Shown: in pieces, positions 22,201 through 35,777 of the stretch
How positions within the stretch are numbered: the stretch's first letter is position 1
Layout of the letters: each line of letters opens with the position of its first letter
Source of the DNA: Botryllus schlosseri
Taxonomy: Eukaryota
Length of the DNA stretch: 64,000 nucleotides
Assembly: GCA_051294905.1 (NCBI GenBank)
Contig: CM119371.1
Coordinates: forward strand, 12,774,001-12,838,000
Reading direction: 5' to 3'
Translations under genes and position numbers: made by a program
The notes under the pieces: generated by a model
The model's input: the letters and a program-made list of their open reading frames with translations, nothing else
What the model was told of the DNA's origin: nothing
The model's database searches: none

Positions 22201-25200
22201 TCGTGTATTTTTTCATGTAACCAACGTCACTCGTGGAACTGACGAGTAAACCATGAACAACATAACAGTAATACACATCCATTTTTAGTTTAAACCACTT
22301 TTGTAGTACAGTTTCGTGTATGTGGAGTGTTGGAGTCTTTAAAGTTACGATTTGTCTTTGTAGCTCCATAATTTGTTTCACATCGTTTTTGTCCAATCGG
22401 TTCTTAAAGTAATTTTCGAGCTCAAGCGGATCTTTTCCGAAATCGCGGGCATTTAGATCAGCATGAGCCTCTTTGATAGTGTACGTACAACTTTCCATTT
22501 TCAGTATCTAAGTTTGAAATATTATTGTAGTGGTGGTATATTTCTGTTAACTGACTCGTCAACTTTGGATCGTTCACTGAATCTTTGACGCTCTTTACAT
22601 TAACTCCTTCAGCGTCCCATGCGTTGACTATTTCTTTCACTTGTGGAAGTCTGAACTTCAAATGACGTCCCACTTCAGTGCACAGAAGTAAAACAGATTG
22701 TGTAGCAACACAAGGCAATGTGTGACCTCATAATGCAATGTGTGACCTCATAGGTCTGCGACTGTAATGTTATGTAGGCTAACCTTACAGTTTGCCTTCG
22801 TTCAATCAGAAATTGCCTTACTTTCTTAGTGCGTAATCGTTTCAATTGGCACTTTTTATTTAAAGTATACAACAATATGACTTTATAACTCAAATATGAC
22901 GTAACCAGAAAAATATGACTTTATAACTTTCTTAACCCCATATGGATGCGGTTTTTGCGTTAAAATTGGTTTCACGACTTACTGATGCATAGAAAAAATA
23001 TGACTTTAATGACTTTAAATGGCTCTAGTAATGATATAGAGAGCAAATATCAGGCATCTTTTCACATTTAACAATCTAAGTTACGAAGCAATCTCTTTCC
23101 TTACCTGAATTCCATTCCATATGGTACATATTGTTTGATTCCAGCAGGATTCCCAACTTTTATATACACCTGCGTTGTGGGAATATATACTTAACAAGTG
23201 CTGCCACATAAAGAGATAAAAAGGAAGTGAGGCGACAGCTCAGCAATCATGCAGAACACACGGCACTTTCGGACACCACGGTTTCACGACATATATTCAC
23301 ATTCATAGTCACTTGAAGATATTATTAAACTTCGATATACAGATGCTTTCCCTACATTCCCCTTGCGCAGGAAAATATGTGTGTTAAGTTATAGCGATGT
23401 GAGGTTATATGTTGAGTAACAACAAGATATTTTCCAAGGTCAAGTTGAGGTCGTCTCCGGTCCGAATATGGTAATGAACTCTATACTGTTTCTACGTAAA
23501 CTCATATAACGCTGCATTCAAATACTAGGACTTGTATTCCTAAATTAGCAGAATCAACATTTCACAATGTGTCGAATAATCTCATCTCATCCTATATAAG
23601 AAGGAAGGGAAAAACAGTGAATCGATACTGAATCGAGTATTAGACTTTGAGTCGGGTGTTCGAGTATCATTGATTATGTAGTCAAAACAGTAAGCAGAGT
23701 GCTTTATGAAAGTTCAAATATTTCCCCATTTTGCAACCACGTGTGATGGCGGCGGCTCTTCATCACTTTGAAGGTAATTTGGTAGTTTTTCGACATACCT
23801 ATTTCATTGCACTTTCTGACAGTGATGTATGGGTGAATCATATGGCTTTACGTGACGTCATTTCTACTTACGCGCCTGGAATTGTAGTACAGTTTTCATA
23901 TAATGACATACGACTTTTCGAGGCTTCGGGGCTGTAACAGTAGGGCTATCATACGTTCTCTGTTAAATTAATCCTCGTATCCGAATTCAAATTGGAGTAG
24001 TCAAATCATTGAGTCCAGCTTCACATATAAATAACGGGTCGAGTATTCAGTGTCACTCATTATGACGTAACAGCAGAATGTTCTCTGTTAAAGTTCAAAT
24101 ATGTACCTTTTATGCCACCAATAAGAACATACTGCTTGTTATCCGTCAGATTAAAGATACTTTGGCATTTTTTCGACCGTACCGATTGCATCGCACTTGT
24201 TGACAATATTGTGGGATGATATGACTTCGGAAATGTTTTATTTCCACTAACGTTCAGAACTTTGCATTTTGTCTCGTATGTTGCGACACGACTAATCGAA
24301 GTTTCGAGGCTTCCTCAGTGGAAAATAGTATCAATACTACAATTCTCGTTAGTAAGTTAACGTTTATTTAAGAGAAGCGTCTAATTTCAGTACTCGAAAA
24401 AATCGTATTTTACTACTCGACTCGAATCATTAAAATTAATACTCGATTCAGATTCGAGTACTCGAATCATTGTGCTCAGCCCTAGTAACAATTCGATATG
24501 CAAAGTTAAATCGGATGCAGGGTATATTTGAAGAAGACGAAATTGTTACCTATTTTTCACGAGTCTGCGCGCACTCACGAACTCACTGCGCGGTCCCCCG
24601 GACAACAGTGCGTAACGAGTAAAAGAAGGTCATCACTTTCCTCCTCGCCACCTCATCCGCGTCAGCGGTGTCTTACAAAAGCCTAGTGGTGGGCCGTGCT
24701 ATAAGTCGGCAGTTACGGAAAATAAGAAGAATACCGGCCTGGTGTAAATGACCATAGTAGTCGACAAACACCATGAATACCCCAAAACAAAAACAAAACA
24801 AGGTCATCACTTCGGCTTTTTTGTGCGCAGCTTAGATTTTTTGTTGGCATAAACAGTATCAGCAATGCGCAATTGTGCACGCGCGCAGCGTAGAGGGAAC
24901 ATTGGTCGATGGCCGCATCATATTCCTTCTTCTGCAGCATATTGGCCACTCATGGACTAAAGTATATCAATATTGGATTTAACTTGTCGCGGTACCTGCT
25001 AGAAATCTATCTCCTCGTAAAGCTTGGTCATTTGGGGATCCCGAAGCCGATTTCTAAGGGTCACGCGCATCTTAGAGGGAATATTGCTTGCCACGTCGAT
25101 ATTTTGGTGAATAATTTATGTTTTCGCTAGAAAACTCATCAAAATGGCACCGAATTAGAAGTCATAAAGTTGCAAGTTTTGTGGAATAGCAAATCGCCGT

Positions 25201-28200
25201 TTTTTTTTTTCATTTTTGCTACTACAGTTCACACGTTATTGGCGTTGCTTATTGCGGAAGTAGTTAATCACCAAATAGAAGTTTGAAATTGTGATGACAA
25301 TATCATGCTAAATACTATACAATGATAAGTCATTGTCTCACTTTTATCGAAAATATTATTGGATCGTCCAGTTAATTTAACGCTCTGACAATTCACTTTG
25401 CATTACGGTGTCGTACATTTTAAATGACATCTCTCAAACTCATCCATACCCGATTTGAATGAGGAAATACAACATCTCGTACACGTCTTGACGATGTAAC
25501 CATCACAGATAATCACATTGCGGTAGGAACCTAAAATGACTTTTTACTACCTGATTTGTCATTCCGATCACCATATTTGTATCTGCGATTGATGATTTCC
25601 CGAATTTCAGCCGATTTTTATATTCATACCATCCAGAAATCGATTGCTTGATTTCGGAGAATGATTCAATCAGCGGTTTCAGGAATTTTCTGGTGATGTT
25701 CGAATCTGTAAGGTTTAAATAAATGGGTGTTGAAATATTTGTCATTCGACTTTTATTATCTTGGGAAAAAGAATGAAAATTACACCGTTTAATGGTTTCA
25801 GTCATATAATTTATACGCATGCCTATTGCATCAGGCTTAAAATATCAAGTGAAGTCCAAGTTACTAAAACATTGATGAAGAAGTAGTATTAAGTGATCGA
25901 ATTTTTTTTAGAAACGGGAGCAGTGCGTTATTAGAGGCGATGATTATCGTTTAATGGCATGTAATAGAGAAATATATACCCGATACCAGTGCTTTTCAAC
26001 CTGTGTGACGGTTCGCACTTGAGCGTATGACAATCGCGGTGCGAACGGATGAGTGCGAATGAAAATTGTCCATTAGGATAGTCCAAAATTTGGAGAATCT
26101 TAAAAAGGATCCGTGATTGTGCCTCATTCCATAGATTATTGATAAAAACAACAATGGGCATTAAAGAAGCTCACATGAAAGCCGTTCCGATTTTGATCAA
26201 AGCGTTTAAAAGTAGCTGCAGAAGATTGGGCGTGCCACCACCATAGAACGACGAGAAGACTACTTAGTCACATAACCGCGGCTCTTTATTGGCTAATCGG
26301 TCATGCTTCAATGATCACGACAGCAGCACCTTGCTGATTAGGTGTTCAGGCAGTCTGCTACCGGCGAAGATTATGAAAGCGCATTGTTGGTAGGTTGTCA
26401 GATTATGATTTAAGATTAATTCAGGACATGCTGAGGTGAGAAATACATGATGAACAAACAGCAATTGCTTCACAAAACATTTTAGAACCTGACTGCTTTA
26501 TTGTGAAGGAAACGGCTGTAGCTGCCGTGTTTTAATCGAGGGAAAGCAAAGGCGCTTATGCATGTGGTGAACGAAATATCCGTTTCAGAAGGGATCCATC
26601 ATTAGCGAATACAATTATAAACCTTAAAGACGACACTATATTTGCAGAGACTTATATCATCTATTACTTGGATTGTATGGGTATGTATAGCTAGGGCTGG
26701 GCACAATGATTCGAGTACTCGAATCTGAATCGAGTATTAATTTTAATGATTCGAGTCGAGTAGTAAAAGACGATTTTTTCGAGTACTGAAATTATACGCT
26801 CCTCGCTACTTAAAGTTAATTTATCAACGAGAATTGTATATTCGATACTAATTTTCGCTATTGATACCTTGATTGACCGCTTCGTAGCATACGAAACATA
26901 TAGTACAAATCTACGAACGCTACTGGAAATAGCACATTTCCGAAGTCATGAAATTCCCACAGCATTGTCACCAATTGCAATGAAATCGTTGTCGTCGAAA
27001 AAATACCAAGGTATGTTTAATGTAATGGATAACAGGCATTATATTCTTTGTGGTCGCATAAAAGATATGTATTTGAACTTTGACGGATTACATTCTGTTA
27101 TGACGTCATAATGAGTGATACTCGATTACTCGACTCGACTCGAAGCATTTTACGTGATTCAGAATCGAATCACTCAGGTACTCGATTTTGCCCAGCCCTA
27201 TGTATAGCAATGTATTTCTGATTTTAACGCCCACCGTACCATCCAGTCTGCTAACATATACCTTCGTACGGTGAAGCATCCTTTCAAATGTTGACAGAGA
27301 AGTGTTTACAAGCGCCAATTATGTCAATAAAACAAAAAACAAACATCACGATGACGTACATGTCGATTTAGTGGAAAAGTGTTATTGTTGCGAGTGAATA
27401 TTGCTCTTGGGTTCGCTATTTAAGCTTCGAAGGAAATTCCCCCGGAAGAAGCAACGAACACCTGAAGGACAGCGGGAGTGCGATATTTTCTACATCGGTG
27501 ATATTAGTACTTGGTTAATCAATAATACAATAAGCTGAATGTGAAATAATGAAGCTCTGTACCTCCAAGAAGCTCTTCGAATACAGAAGTAATAAGTTTC
27601 CTCATTTTCGTTTTTATGGAATAAAATCCAGTTGGCAGGTGCGAATGTGAAGGTTGAAAAGCACTGCCTTATATGATTTTCGGGGTACACTATCAGCTCG
27701 TGATATTTTGAGTAGGCGTGACTTGAAATACAAATATTCAAGTTGGTCATCTGGTCAGTGTTATAGATGCATATGTAAAGAATTATGTACCATACCGAAG
27801 TACTATAAACCATTATATTTGGCATATACCATAAGTGTAGCAGTAGCTGTATTTAACGATTCAGTGGATACATTATTTAACAGCATCATCGACGAAAATG
27901 GAATTGTAAAGAGTGAACATAATTAAAAATAAACGTCGTCTTACTTGATACGTTAGTCAATGGAAGATGCTTCGAGAATAAAGTTTTCAAGTTGCCTCCA
28001 TAATTTCGAAGAAAGCTGTTGGTTGTTCTATAGCGTAAATGCGAATCGCTCATCGCGACATGCAAAGATACGTAGGATGGGGAATGCCAGATCATGATAT
28101 CCGAGGACTGTGGAAGACAGATACTAAGTTATGATCTAACATGAACGGAAAATCGGGCGGGATTGATGCGTCATCATTCAACGTATGATACACGAATTTA

Positions 28201-30684
28201 TGCGCGTTAAAGTCAATGCCTAGTTTACGCTACAATTGCGTAATTGCATATCAGATTCAGCAATAAAGCTCCGAGATACACTTGATCATAAGGTTCTTCT
28301 CGGTCACAGTGAAAACCTTGGTGAAACCTACATTTGCGCGATAGATGATAGCCTACTTCCAGATATTGGCTCCCGCCAACTTCATCGTAAGTATATAGGC
28401 CTAATTTCGAATTTTGTCACCATCGCTTAATTATCTGAATGAAGACGGACACATGAAATATCAGGGGTTTAGGAAGAACGACAACGCCCACTTAACGTAT
28501 ATGCATGTGATTAACTCAGTTTCAATACAACAGATTTTCGTCTGGGGATTTTGCGATATGAGTAAATGTGGAAGTTCCAGGAATTATCATACAATGATTT
28601 CTTTACTAATTGTGTTTTCTGCGAGGTGAAATTCGTCATAAAGGATAGCATAAATATTACATTACTCACAAGCATCTCATAGTACGCAGGACTCTTATAA
28701 TCATCGAATAATGCCTGTCTGACGTCACCGAATGTCATTTCGTTTTCCCAGTTTAATTGACCTGGAATAATAACAGGTTATTTTAGGCAAATATCCGTCT
28801 GTTATGATGTTAAACGGAAGCAAAATATCGACATGTAACATGATTATATACGCTGATAGAATACACATTCCAGGCGCATTTCAGGTGTGATGTAACTGGA
28901 TGGCAACGGTGGAATATCGGCTTTCTCCCAGTATAGGACACCGCATACTCGATACATAATCCATAATATGTACAGTCACTCTACTACTCATTACGCATAT
29001 GCTACGCTTCGATAATGTGAAATATATGTCATCATGATTCTCTAACGCACCTTTGAAGCGATGAATATCAGGTATGTGCGCAGACCAACGATCGTCGAAA
29101 GAGCATTTAGCCTTGATGTCGGTCTCGTGAATACTTGCAACGAGAGACCATCCCCCTCCATCCGTTTCCATATCGCAGAAGACCTTCACCATTAAGATAG
29201 AGGCTCTTCATTGCGAGATAGGGCAACGAGATCGATATGTCTTGTTTTGTACTAAACAACGACATATTTACGAAACTGTTATGGTTCAACTACCTAAATA
29301 ATTCATTGAACTATACGAAATGATAGTATCCCAAACCGCTGGACGCAAAAAAATAAATTGCCGAAAAAGCACCATAGTACGACGGCGTGGCTGTATGGCA
29401 GAGTTTCCTACCCTAAAACATATTTGAAAATCTTCCGCAACCCAACACCTGATTTGGCGTACTGATTAAAGTGATTATTACAAAATGGTCAGCAGCATGT
29501 CCCAAACATACTGACTGGCCATTCGGAATACTGGTGACTATGTGCGCATTAATAGCCTAATAAAGATACAATTATGAACTTGTAAACCTCGGTCTATCAA
29601 GACTATACCAACGTATATAGATCTTTTGGATCGATTTATATCTATATCCAAACGAAGTATTCAAGTAATGCCACTTGACATTTTGCGTCAAACGAAATAC
29701 AGATAGCGATGCACGGGTTATTCGGCCGCCTCTAGCGTGTATACTGTTGAAACATAGCACTACCGGTAACTTGTAGTTTTACTGGGGGAAGCAGTAAACA
29801 CCGTCCTGATCCTATTGCTTTGTACGAAGCCGACATTTTAACTTTCATAATGATGGCCAGACACAAACCACGCCCCTCAGAAAGTCGGATGCGCCGATAC
29901 CTCGTTTGTCTGGATCGCATTCCTCAAACGGCGTATTTTTCTCTATTTACTAAAATGAACTAAATGTTCCAGAAACCAGCCTGTGATAGAATCCTGTTAA
30001 TTGGCATTTTATTACAGTATATTGTATTTAATTTTCGTCTCCACGACCCTAAAGGAATGACCCTAGGTTGGTAACCCTGCCGTGGGGATCGAAATAAGTT
30101 GTGACAAGCAATATTTAGCGCATTTGATATTCTACCATAATCCATGCACGTTACTTCACAGCGCATCCATGAGGTCAAGGTATTGCTGAACAAGTTACTT
30201 GTAATTTCTCAACTGTTCTTTTGTATTGACGCTGGCTATACTCCTATGTGTGTATTAGCCATGTCATTGACCCACTTATTCGCAAACGGAATTCATTTCC
30301 TAATGACGGTTACACATTGCATAAAGCGAAGGATTACGCTACTCACTTCTGACGGCAGCCCATTCTTCAACAAATTCAGCTTAGATATTCCAGATTCCTG
30401 TACTCCGTGGCGTTTAAGTTCGAGGCAAGACTCACTTAGTCTTGATTCATTTCGATACTTCTACGAATGATAAATCTAATGTATGGTTCAGCAATCCACG
30501 CAGTACTCTCAACTTACCATTTGGTTCAGCAGAATCGCACATAGTAAAGCTATGCTAGATATTACGAGGATAATCAAAGATAGCATCCCGAATAACAATA
30601 TGCGATGTGGTGCCGTCGCGTTTTTCTGCGATGTCTGCGTCTCTATTGTTATCTTTGTGGATTCCGGATTGATTGAATCAGACG
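10218..30684 (-). CDS. Intelectin-like (X-lectin/fibrinogen-related) protein with N-terminal TM anchor and ~250-aa internal insertion; 14 exons, 5' end incomplete
   Basis: Exons with GT-AG ends and consistent phases: 30684-30518 (TM RILLFGMLSLIILVISSIALLCAILL); 30460-30347 (SESCLELKRHGVQESG); 29183-29051 (VFCDMETDGGGWSLVASIHE..KC..DRWS); 28761-28670 (NWENEMTFG..DDYKSPAYY); 28107-27945 (DIMIWHSP..LRYRTTNSFL..YGGNL); insert exons 25759-25551, 23169-23105, 16959-16854, 16795-16637, 16550-16432, 12180-12089; 11345-11174 (VPVTFDKG..PGNMQFRAYNYGGYPNALCPG); 10751-10663 (EDVCIGG..CGDFA); 10291-10218 (GW..ILIFYR*). Blocks match intelectin motifs (FCDM..GGGWTLVAS, DDYKNPGYY, QFRVFN..NALC, CIGG, CGDF, LLFYR*). 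Total 1754 nt, about 584 codons. Confidence 0.85.
12307..13175. mobile_element. hAT (Charlie/Buster-like) MITE
   Basis: cagggctgtcaaac ... gtttgacacccctg with gcgggccg subterminal motifs; TSD degraded. Confidence 0.7.
13840..15519. mobile_element. MITE with tacttc/tactcaagta subterminal arrays, containing a nested MITE
   Basis: TIR cagaggtggtca / tgaccacctctg; no clear TSD. Confidence 0.75.
14605..15034. mobile_element. hAT MITE (taggcttaccata family), nested; second copy at 34875-35319
   Basis: 13-bp TIR taggcttaccata / tatggtaagccta; TSD approximately ttttatc. Confidence 0.85.
17052..17567 (+). mobile_element. ~515-bp hAT MITE (tagggctgggc family)
   Basis: TIR tagggctgggc / gcccagcccta; TSD cttataag; tcgagt/actcga subterminal repeats. 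Confidence 0.9.
17576..19794 (+). mobile_element. Composite non-autonomous hAT, 2219 bp
   Basis: TIR caatgttccct / agggaacattg. Perfect TSD cttataag. No differences from 35778-37996 seen by eye. Confidence 0.95.
20006..20520 (-). mobile_element. tagggctgggc-family MITE
   Basis: Diverged reverse-complement copy of 17052-17567. Confidence 0.85.
22115..23027 (-). mobile_element. Deleted hAT derivative with frameshifted transposase fragments
   Basis: Ends caggaccattt / aaatggctcta. TSD gtaatgag / gtaatgat. atatgacttt subterminal repeats. Minus-strand ORF pieces LPQVKEIVNAW.., MESCTYTIKEAHADL..DFGKDP..YFKNRL. Confidence 0.75.
23941..24484 (+). mobile_element. tagggctgggc-family MITE (5' part rearranged)
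   Basis: 24035-24484 matches 17120-17567; left end approximate. Confidence 0.7.
24550..24904 (+). mobile_element. Short caatgttccct-family MITE interrupted by a SINE 3' fragment (~24650-24800)
   Basis: tttttcacgagtctgcgc...cagtgcgtaacg ... agggaacattg, with aggtcatcactt duplicated around the insert. Confidence 0.7.
26692..27200 (-). mobile_element. tagggctgggc-family MITE
   Basis: TIRs intact; perfect TSD tgtatagc. Confidence 0.9.
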
Positions 30685-33600
30685 CTAAAACAAAAGGGTA
30701 TATTTCACAAACTTTCACGCTACGCAGCGCAATATCGAAGTCGAGTTCCCAGTCTTGTTTTACATAATTAGTCTGATAGTCTGTAGTCGGGACTATCTAG
30801 GGCAGGAACGCATCCACCCCGCGACGTAATTTTTTGCGGCCCTCAGACAGTTTCCGGTCGTTCATGATAATGTGGCTCGTGGCCATAGTCTACAGCAATT
30901 ATCCATTATACTTGATTAATATGTCAAATAATACGGACTGTATGTGATTATTTCTTTTTTCCGGGCACTAATAATAGTGATTGTTAGTTATTCGTTAGTT
31001 CAGGGGTCACTAGCTGACACTGCTTCGGCGATGGTAATTTCTTTCCATGGAGGAGGAATTTGCTAATATAGAATGGGCATATTGTCTTGACGTGTATTGT
31101 CCCACCACTGCCAATACCGAGCCGCTTTAAAAACGATTTCGGCTGACTAAAAGATCATGGTTTACGACGAGATAGATTTCCAGCAAGTACAGTGTCTAGC
31201 TAACCCCAATATGTATTCTTTAGTCCAGGGGTGGTCGATCTGCGGAAGTAGAAGTAAATTATGTGGCCGTTGATACTTAGTTCAACTACGATGTGTTGAT
31301 GGCCTTGATTATGCAAATTGAATTTACGAATTCACTCTCTTATTTATTTCATTCTTGAAATTTTCTTTGCGTTACGCGTGGTTCTATGCGAGTTCATTTT
31401 CGATTTTGATATAGTAGAGTCTTTTGTTATTTGATTCCCACAGTACAGATGCAAACAGCAGAGGAAAATGATGCGCTCCATAACGGAATACCAATTTGTA
31501 ATCACGAAGGAAATTTGTTTCTGGTAGGCCTACGTTTAAGCGAATCCAGTATGTTTCCACTATAACGACAATCCTGATGGAAGGTCAAGACTTAGCAGCA
31601 TCCAGGAAAGGAGCCTAATAACAATTTTCCCAACCAAAGGAGCAGCACAGCATTAATAGCCCCCCTAAATTTTCGAAGACACCCTGTATGAAGTCCATCG
31701 GTGAATCTGGGCACATGCGCTGAGAAAATATATATATATATGTAATAGTAATATATGAAACTTGACTAATATTATTGACGAAATCCATTCAAAAATATGA
31801 AAAAATTATCGCGCTTCGCGCGGCTGCTGATCGTATCCTGTGCCTGTCCATGACATGGCTACTGGCGATTTGGTGCGTATAGTAAGCCGATATGAGTAAA
31901 TAGATTAGTCTTGGGTGAACCGGCAATGGATATGGACACTGGACGTTGGTATTTGGCCTCCACTTGGTTCATTACGATTGAGCACTCGAATGCTGCCGCA
32001 AGCTATATAAATAATCAAAATGCGGCCGTGAATAGCAAAACGGTCGGCCACCTTTGAGTTAGTTGCTTCAGATTGTTCTCAGGTAATGTGCGCAGCTCAT
32101 AGTTCAAAATATAATGAAATTGATGATCATAATATTTTTGGTCGCATTTGTATTTTTTAAATAAAGCATTATTTTACTTGTGCTAACTATGCCCGTCGCC
32201 TATGTTAGAGAGAACCGCGTTGTACTGACGTGGAGTTATCATCAAAACGTGGTTGTCAAACTGCGTTGCCTATTTTAATTTCAATATTGACTTCATCCGG
32301 CCCGCGGTCTCTACGAATTTTGAAAAGTGACCCGCGACCTATTTTGATTTGGCAACCCTTCAGTTTTTTTTGTGTCTGATATGCAGTCAAATTTCAAAGC
32401 ACCTGTTCACAATTTTCATCGACCACAGATGTCTCGTTTGCTTCAACAGCTATTGACGTACATTAAGTTATTAAATTCATTGATTGCTGTTTTAATCTCT
32501 ATACTTCAAACCTAAAGTTAACAATAAATACAACTAATATTGGTACAGGTCTTCTTAGTACTTCATTTTCCCATATCAGGCCCGCTGACTGGTGAAGTTG
32601 CGCGCCCCTTGTCTAGGGCGTAAAATTCATCTTAATGCAGGGGTTCCGGTCAGCAAGAGAAGTAAGGGTGCGCTATGCGAGACTAGGAGATAAAAGGTTT
32701 GCGCATGCAAACCAAACGTTAAAGGAGCTGCACCTGCAGCTCCCTAACCTTTCCAGCATTTGCCATGCTGCAAAAATTATAAAACGGTCACGCCACAATC
32801 CCAATAGAAGAAACATTTCTCTGAAAATATTGCTTGACGTGTTAGGACAGGAGATGTGCTAGTTTAGATAAGCAAACACGACTGAAACGAGGCTGCAATG
32901 TCGACAAACACCGGCATGTCATTGCCAGTTCCAACCAGTATCACTCATTCACAATTATTAGTTTCAGAACAAACATAGAAAAAAAGTGAAAATATCGATA
33001 ATATTATTTGGATCACTGTTTTACTGATCATGAAATAACATTCAGATGACGTAGTATATATAAATTAATATATATATACATACTCTTTAAATGAAAGCTT
33101 GGGCTTCTGTTCTGCTGTACTTTACTGTTGGGGTGTGATAGCTTTATGAAAAGAATTTTCCATAATTTATTTGATTTTGAGGATGATATAAACTGAGATA
33201 TTAGTAAAATAAACTCGAAATAATGAAATACAAGTCACAAGGGTGCAATTCGAATTCTGGCATTCTTCAGCGTTAGCAGCTGCTGGCGTATTTCCGGGTA
33301 GTGGACAAGGCTAACAAAATGAATGGTTAACATTCATTCCAGTATAGCAACCGAATTATGACTTGTAATTACAGTGCCTTGTCAGCAATACCGTAATCAG
33401 TGTCATAGTAGCAATATACGTGCTTATTTATCGGCAATCGAGCAGTTATAAAAACGCTTTCAGATCGGATATGCTTGTCTGAATGCCTTACTTGAAATAT
33501 CTAAACAGTTTTCAAAATCTGTCATGGCACATGCCACACAATTAGGGAATCACTGTTCTACACTGTAAATATTATGTAAATAAGCGTAAATTAGTCTTTG

Positions 33601-34874
33601 TCCCATACGAAGGCATTGAGTAAATGAATTACGTGTTTACATGCTCGGCCTGGAAAAGAGCTCATGGCGTGAGATCATTATAATATATCGAGCATATTAA
33701 ACAAGGGTGCCGCCAGGTCAGTTAGGGACCGAGGGTAACAACAGCTGACGTCATCAGAGTAGCATCGGAGAGTTTGATGACTAAAAGAATGTCATAAATT
33801 ACGTCATATCGGTATACAGTCCTAACGAAGTCCACGCATACAGCAGCAGATTTTGGATTAGGTCATTCCGAGACCATCCTGTTTCTGACCATGTAAATGA
33901 ATCTAGGATGTAACTGTTGTTATTTCAAGGTATTGTAAACATTTAAAACTTATCGAAATATATTTTTTCTTAACAGTGTATTATGACGATATCTTCGTCT
34001 TCACTCAGACCTAAACATCGTAAGGGTTAAAACCATCACAAATGGCCCGTGCGACAGAGAAAATTCAGATGTCACATCGCGCTCTTTTTGCGTCCAATAG
34101 TAAGATAGATTGAATATGATATTTACACGAACGCTTCAAATCTCAAGGCAGTAGCTACGTAAGGCTCACATCTACATTTAATAATATTTTATTCACATAA
34201 ACAAACGTTATCAGTAGGGAAAGTTTTTGTTGCAGTCAAATCCGTGCAAAGTTGCACTTTTTCACAAAAGTTGCAATTGAATAGTATATTCATATTGAAA
34301 TGAACCCGAATATTTTCAGCTGACACTCGATAGGGGTAATCGTCAGCACCTAGCAGACAATTGGGAAGAACATTGTATATCAACAGTAAAGTATTGTATA
34401 TATTTTTCACATAAGTTGCATTAAAGAGTTGCATTTAGGGACAAGTTCCTTGAAGGGATAAGGCTATGAGACAGGCAAATCGATACGTATCCAACGCACT
34501 GTAGCAAAACGCATTGTTGGCGACTTTAACAGAACCAATAGCCTGAGAAAGTGGACCCTGTGAAAATGTAATTAGCGGCGGCCTAGCCTAAATGCTCGTC
34601 ATATCAGAACGGACATCATTTATAAACGAAAGTAAAATTATCAAGCAAACCATTTAAATATTGTGACAAATATTTCCAGTACAAAGTTGGTTGCATGAAA
34701 AATCGAAAAAAAAAATGCAAAATGTTTCATGTAAAGTAGAAAAAGTTGCAAAAAGTATCATGACAAATCTAAAAAGTTGCAAAAAATATTATGAAATAAT
34801 GGAGTAAAGTTGCAAAAAGTTACAGTATGCTATAACATTTCTCCAGACAGCTTAAAATAATATACTACATAACG

Positions 34875-35319
34875 TAGGCTTACCATATTTTGGAAATCTA
34901 AAAAGAGGACACTTTTTCAGAAATTTGCAACTTGCAAAACCGGAGTAGAATTCTCAAAAACCGGTGAATTATTCCCACTTTGTGATCGGTTGACTTAAAA
35001 AAAAAAAAGTCATCTTTTCCGCTCAGAGCCCAAAATACCGTTTTTCACTCCACATTGCCAGGTGGATGACAAAAAAAAAAAAGGTCATCTTTTCGCTCAG
35101 AGCTAAAATCACCGTTTTTCACTCCGAGATACCCGTCGGAGCTTCACTTCTGAGCTAATTTGCGGCATATCACTCGCAATTTGCTCTAAATCTTACCTAA
35201 AATTTCAAAAAAGAGGACAAAATCTCAAAAAGAGGACAAATGGGCGTCCTCCGAGGACACTTTCAAAAAAGTCAAAAAAGAGGACAAATCCTCTTAAAAG
35301 AGGACGTATGGTAAGCCTA
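34875..35319. mobile_element. taggcttaccata-family hAT MITE
   Basis: Perfect TIRs; perfect TSD acataacg. Confidence 0.9.
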
Positions 35320-35777
35320 ACATAACGTCTGAGTGTGTTTGGAAAGCTGCCGGAAGCTGCAAAAAAAGTTGAACAATTTGGAAAAACTTGCCTAGTTATA
35401 AGATAAGCATCCAACGCAACGATTGGCAAAATGGTAATTTCGACCTCTAAAGAGCGAGCCGGGACGACTACGGAAATACAAATAAACAGTGACCACAAAA
35501 TATAGAATTTACGTTCTCACTTTGATATATTCCAGCGGTCCCGGGGACGCGAAGCTCTGCTCCGTCGTTATATTGCGCATACATATGTTCATTTCCGTGA
35601 TTCTGACACAGCATCGCAGACCGTGAAGATAATTTTTCGTGTTGATATTGCAGTACCGATTCTATCCGAACAAGGCAATAAGCTATGGTAGAATGCAGAC
35701 ATTGTTAACGATGGGCGCAAAAGAGGCTGGTAGAATACCGCATATAAAAAGTAACGCAAAGAACGTTGGTTGATTAG

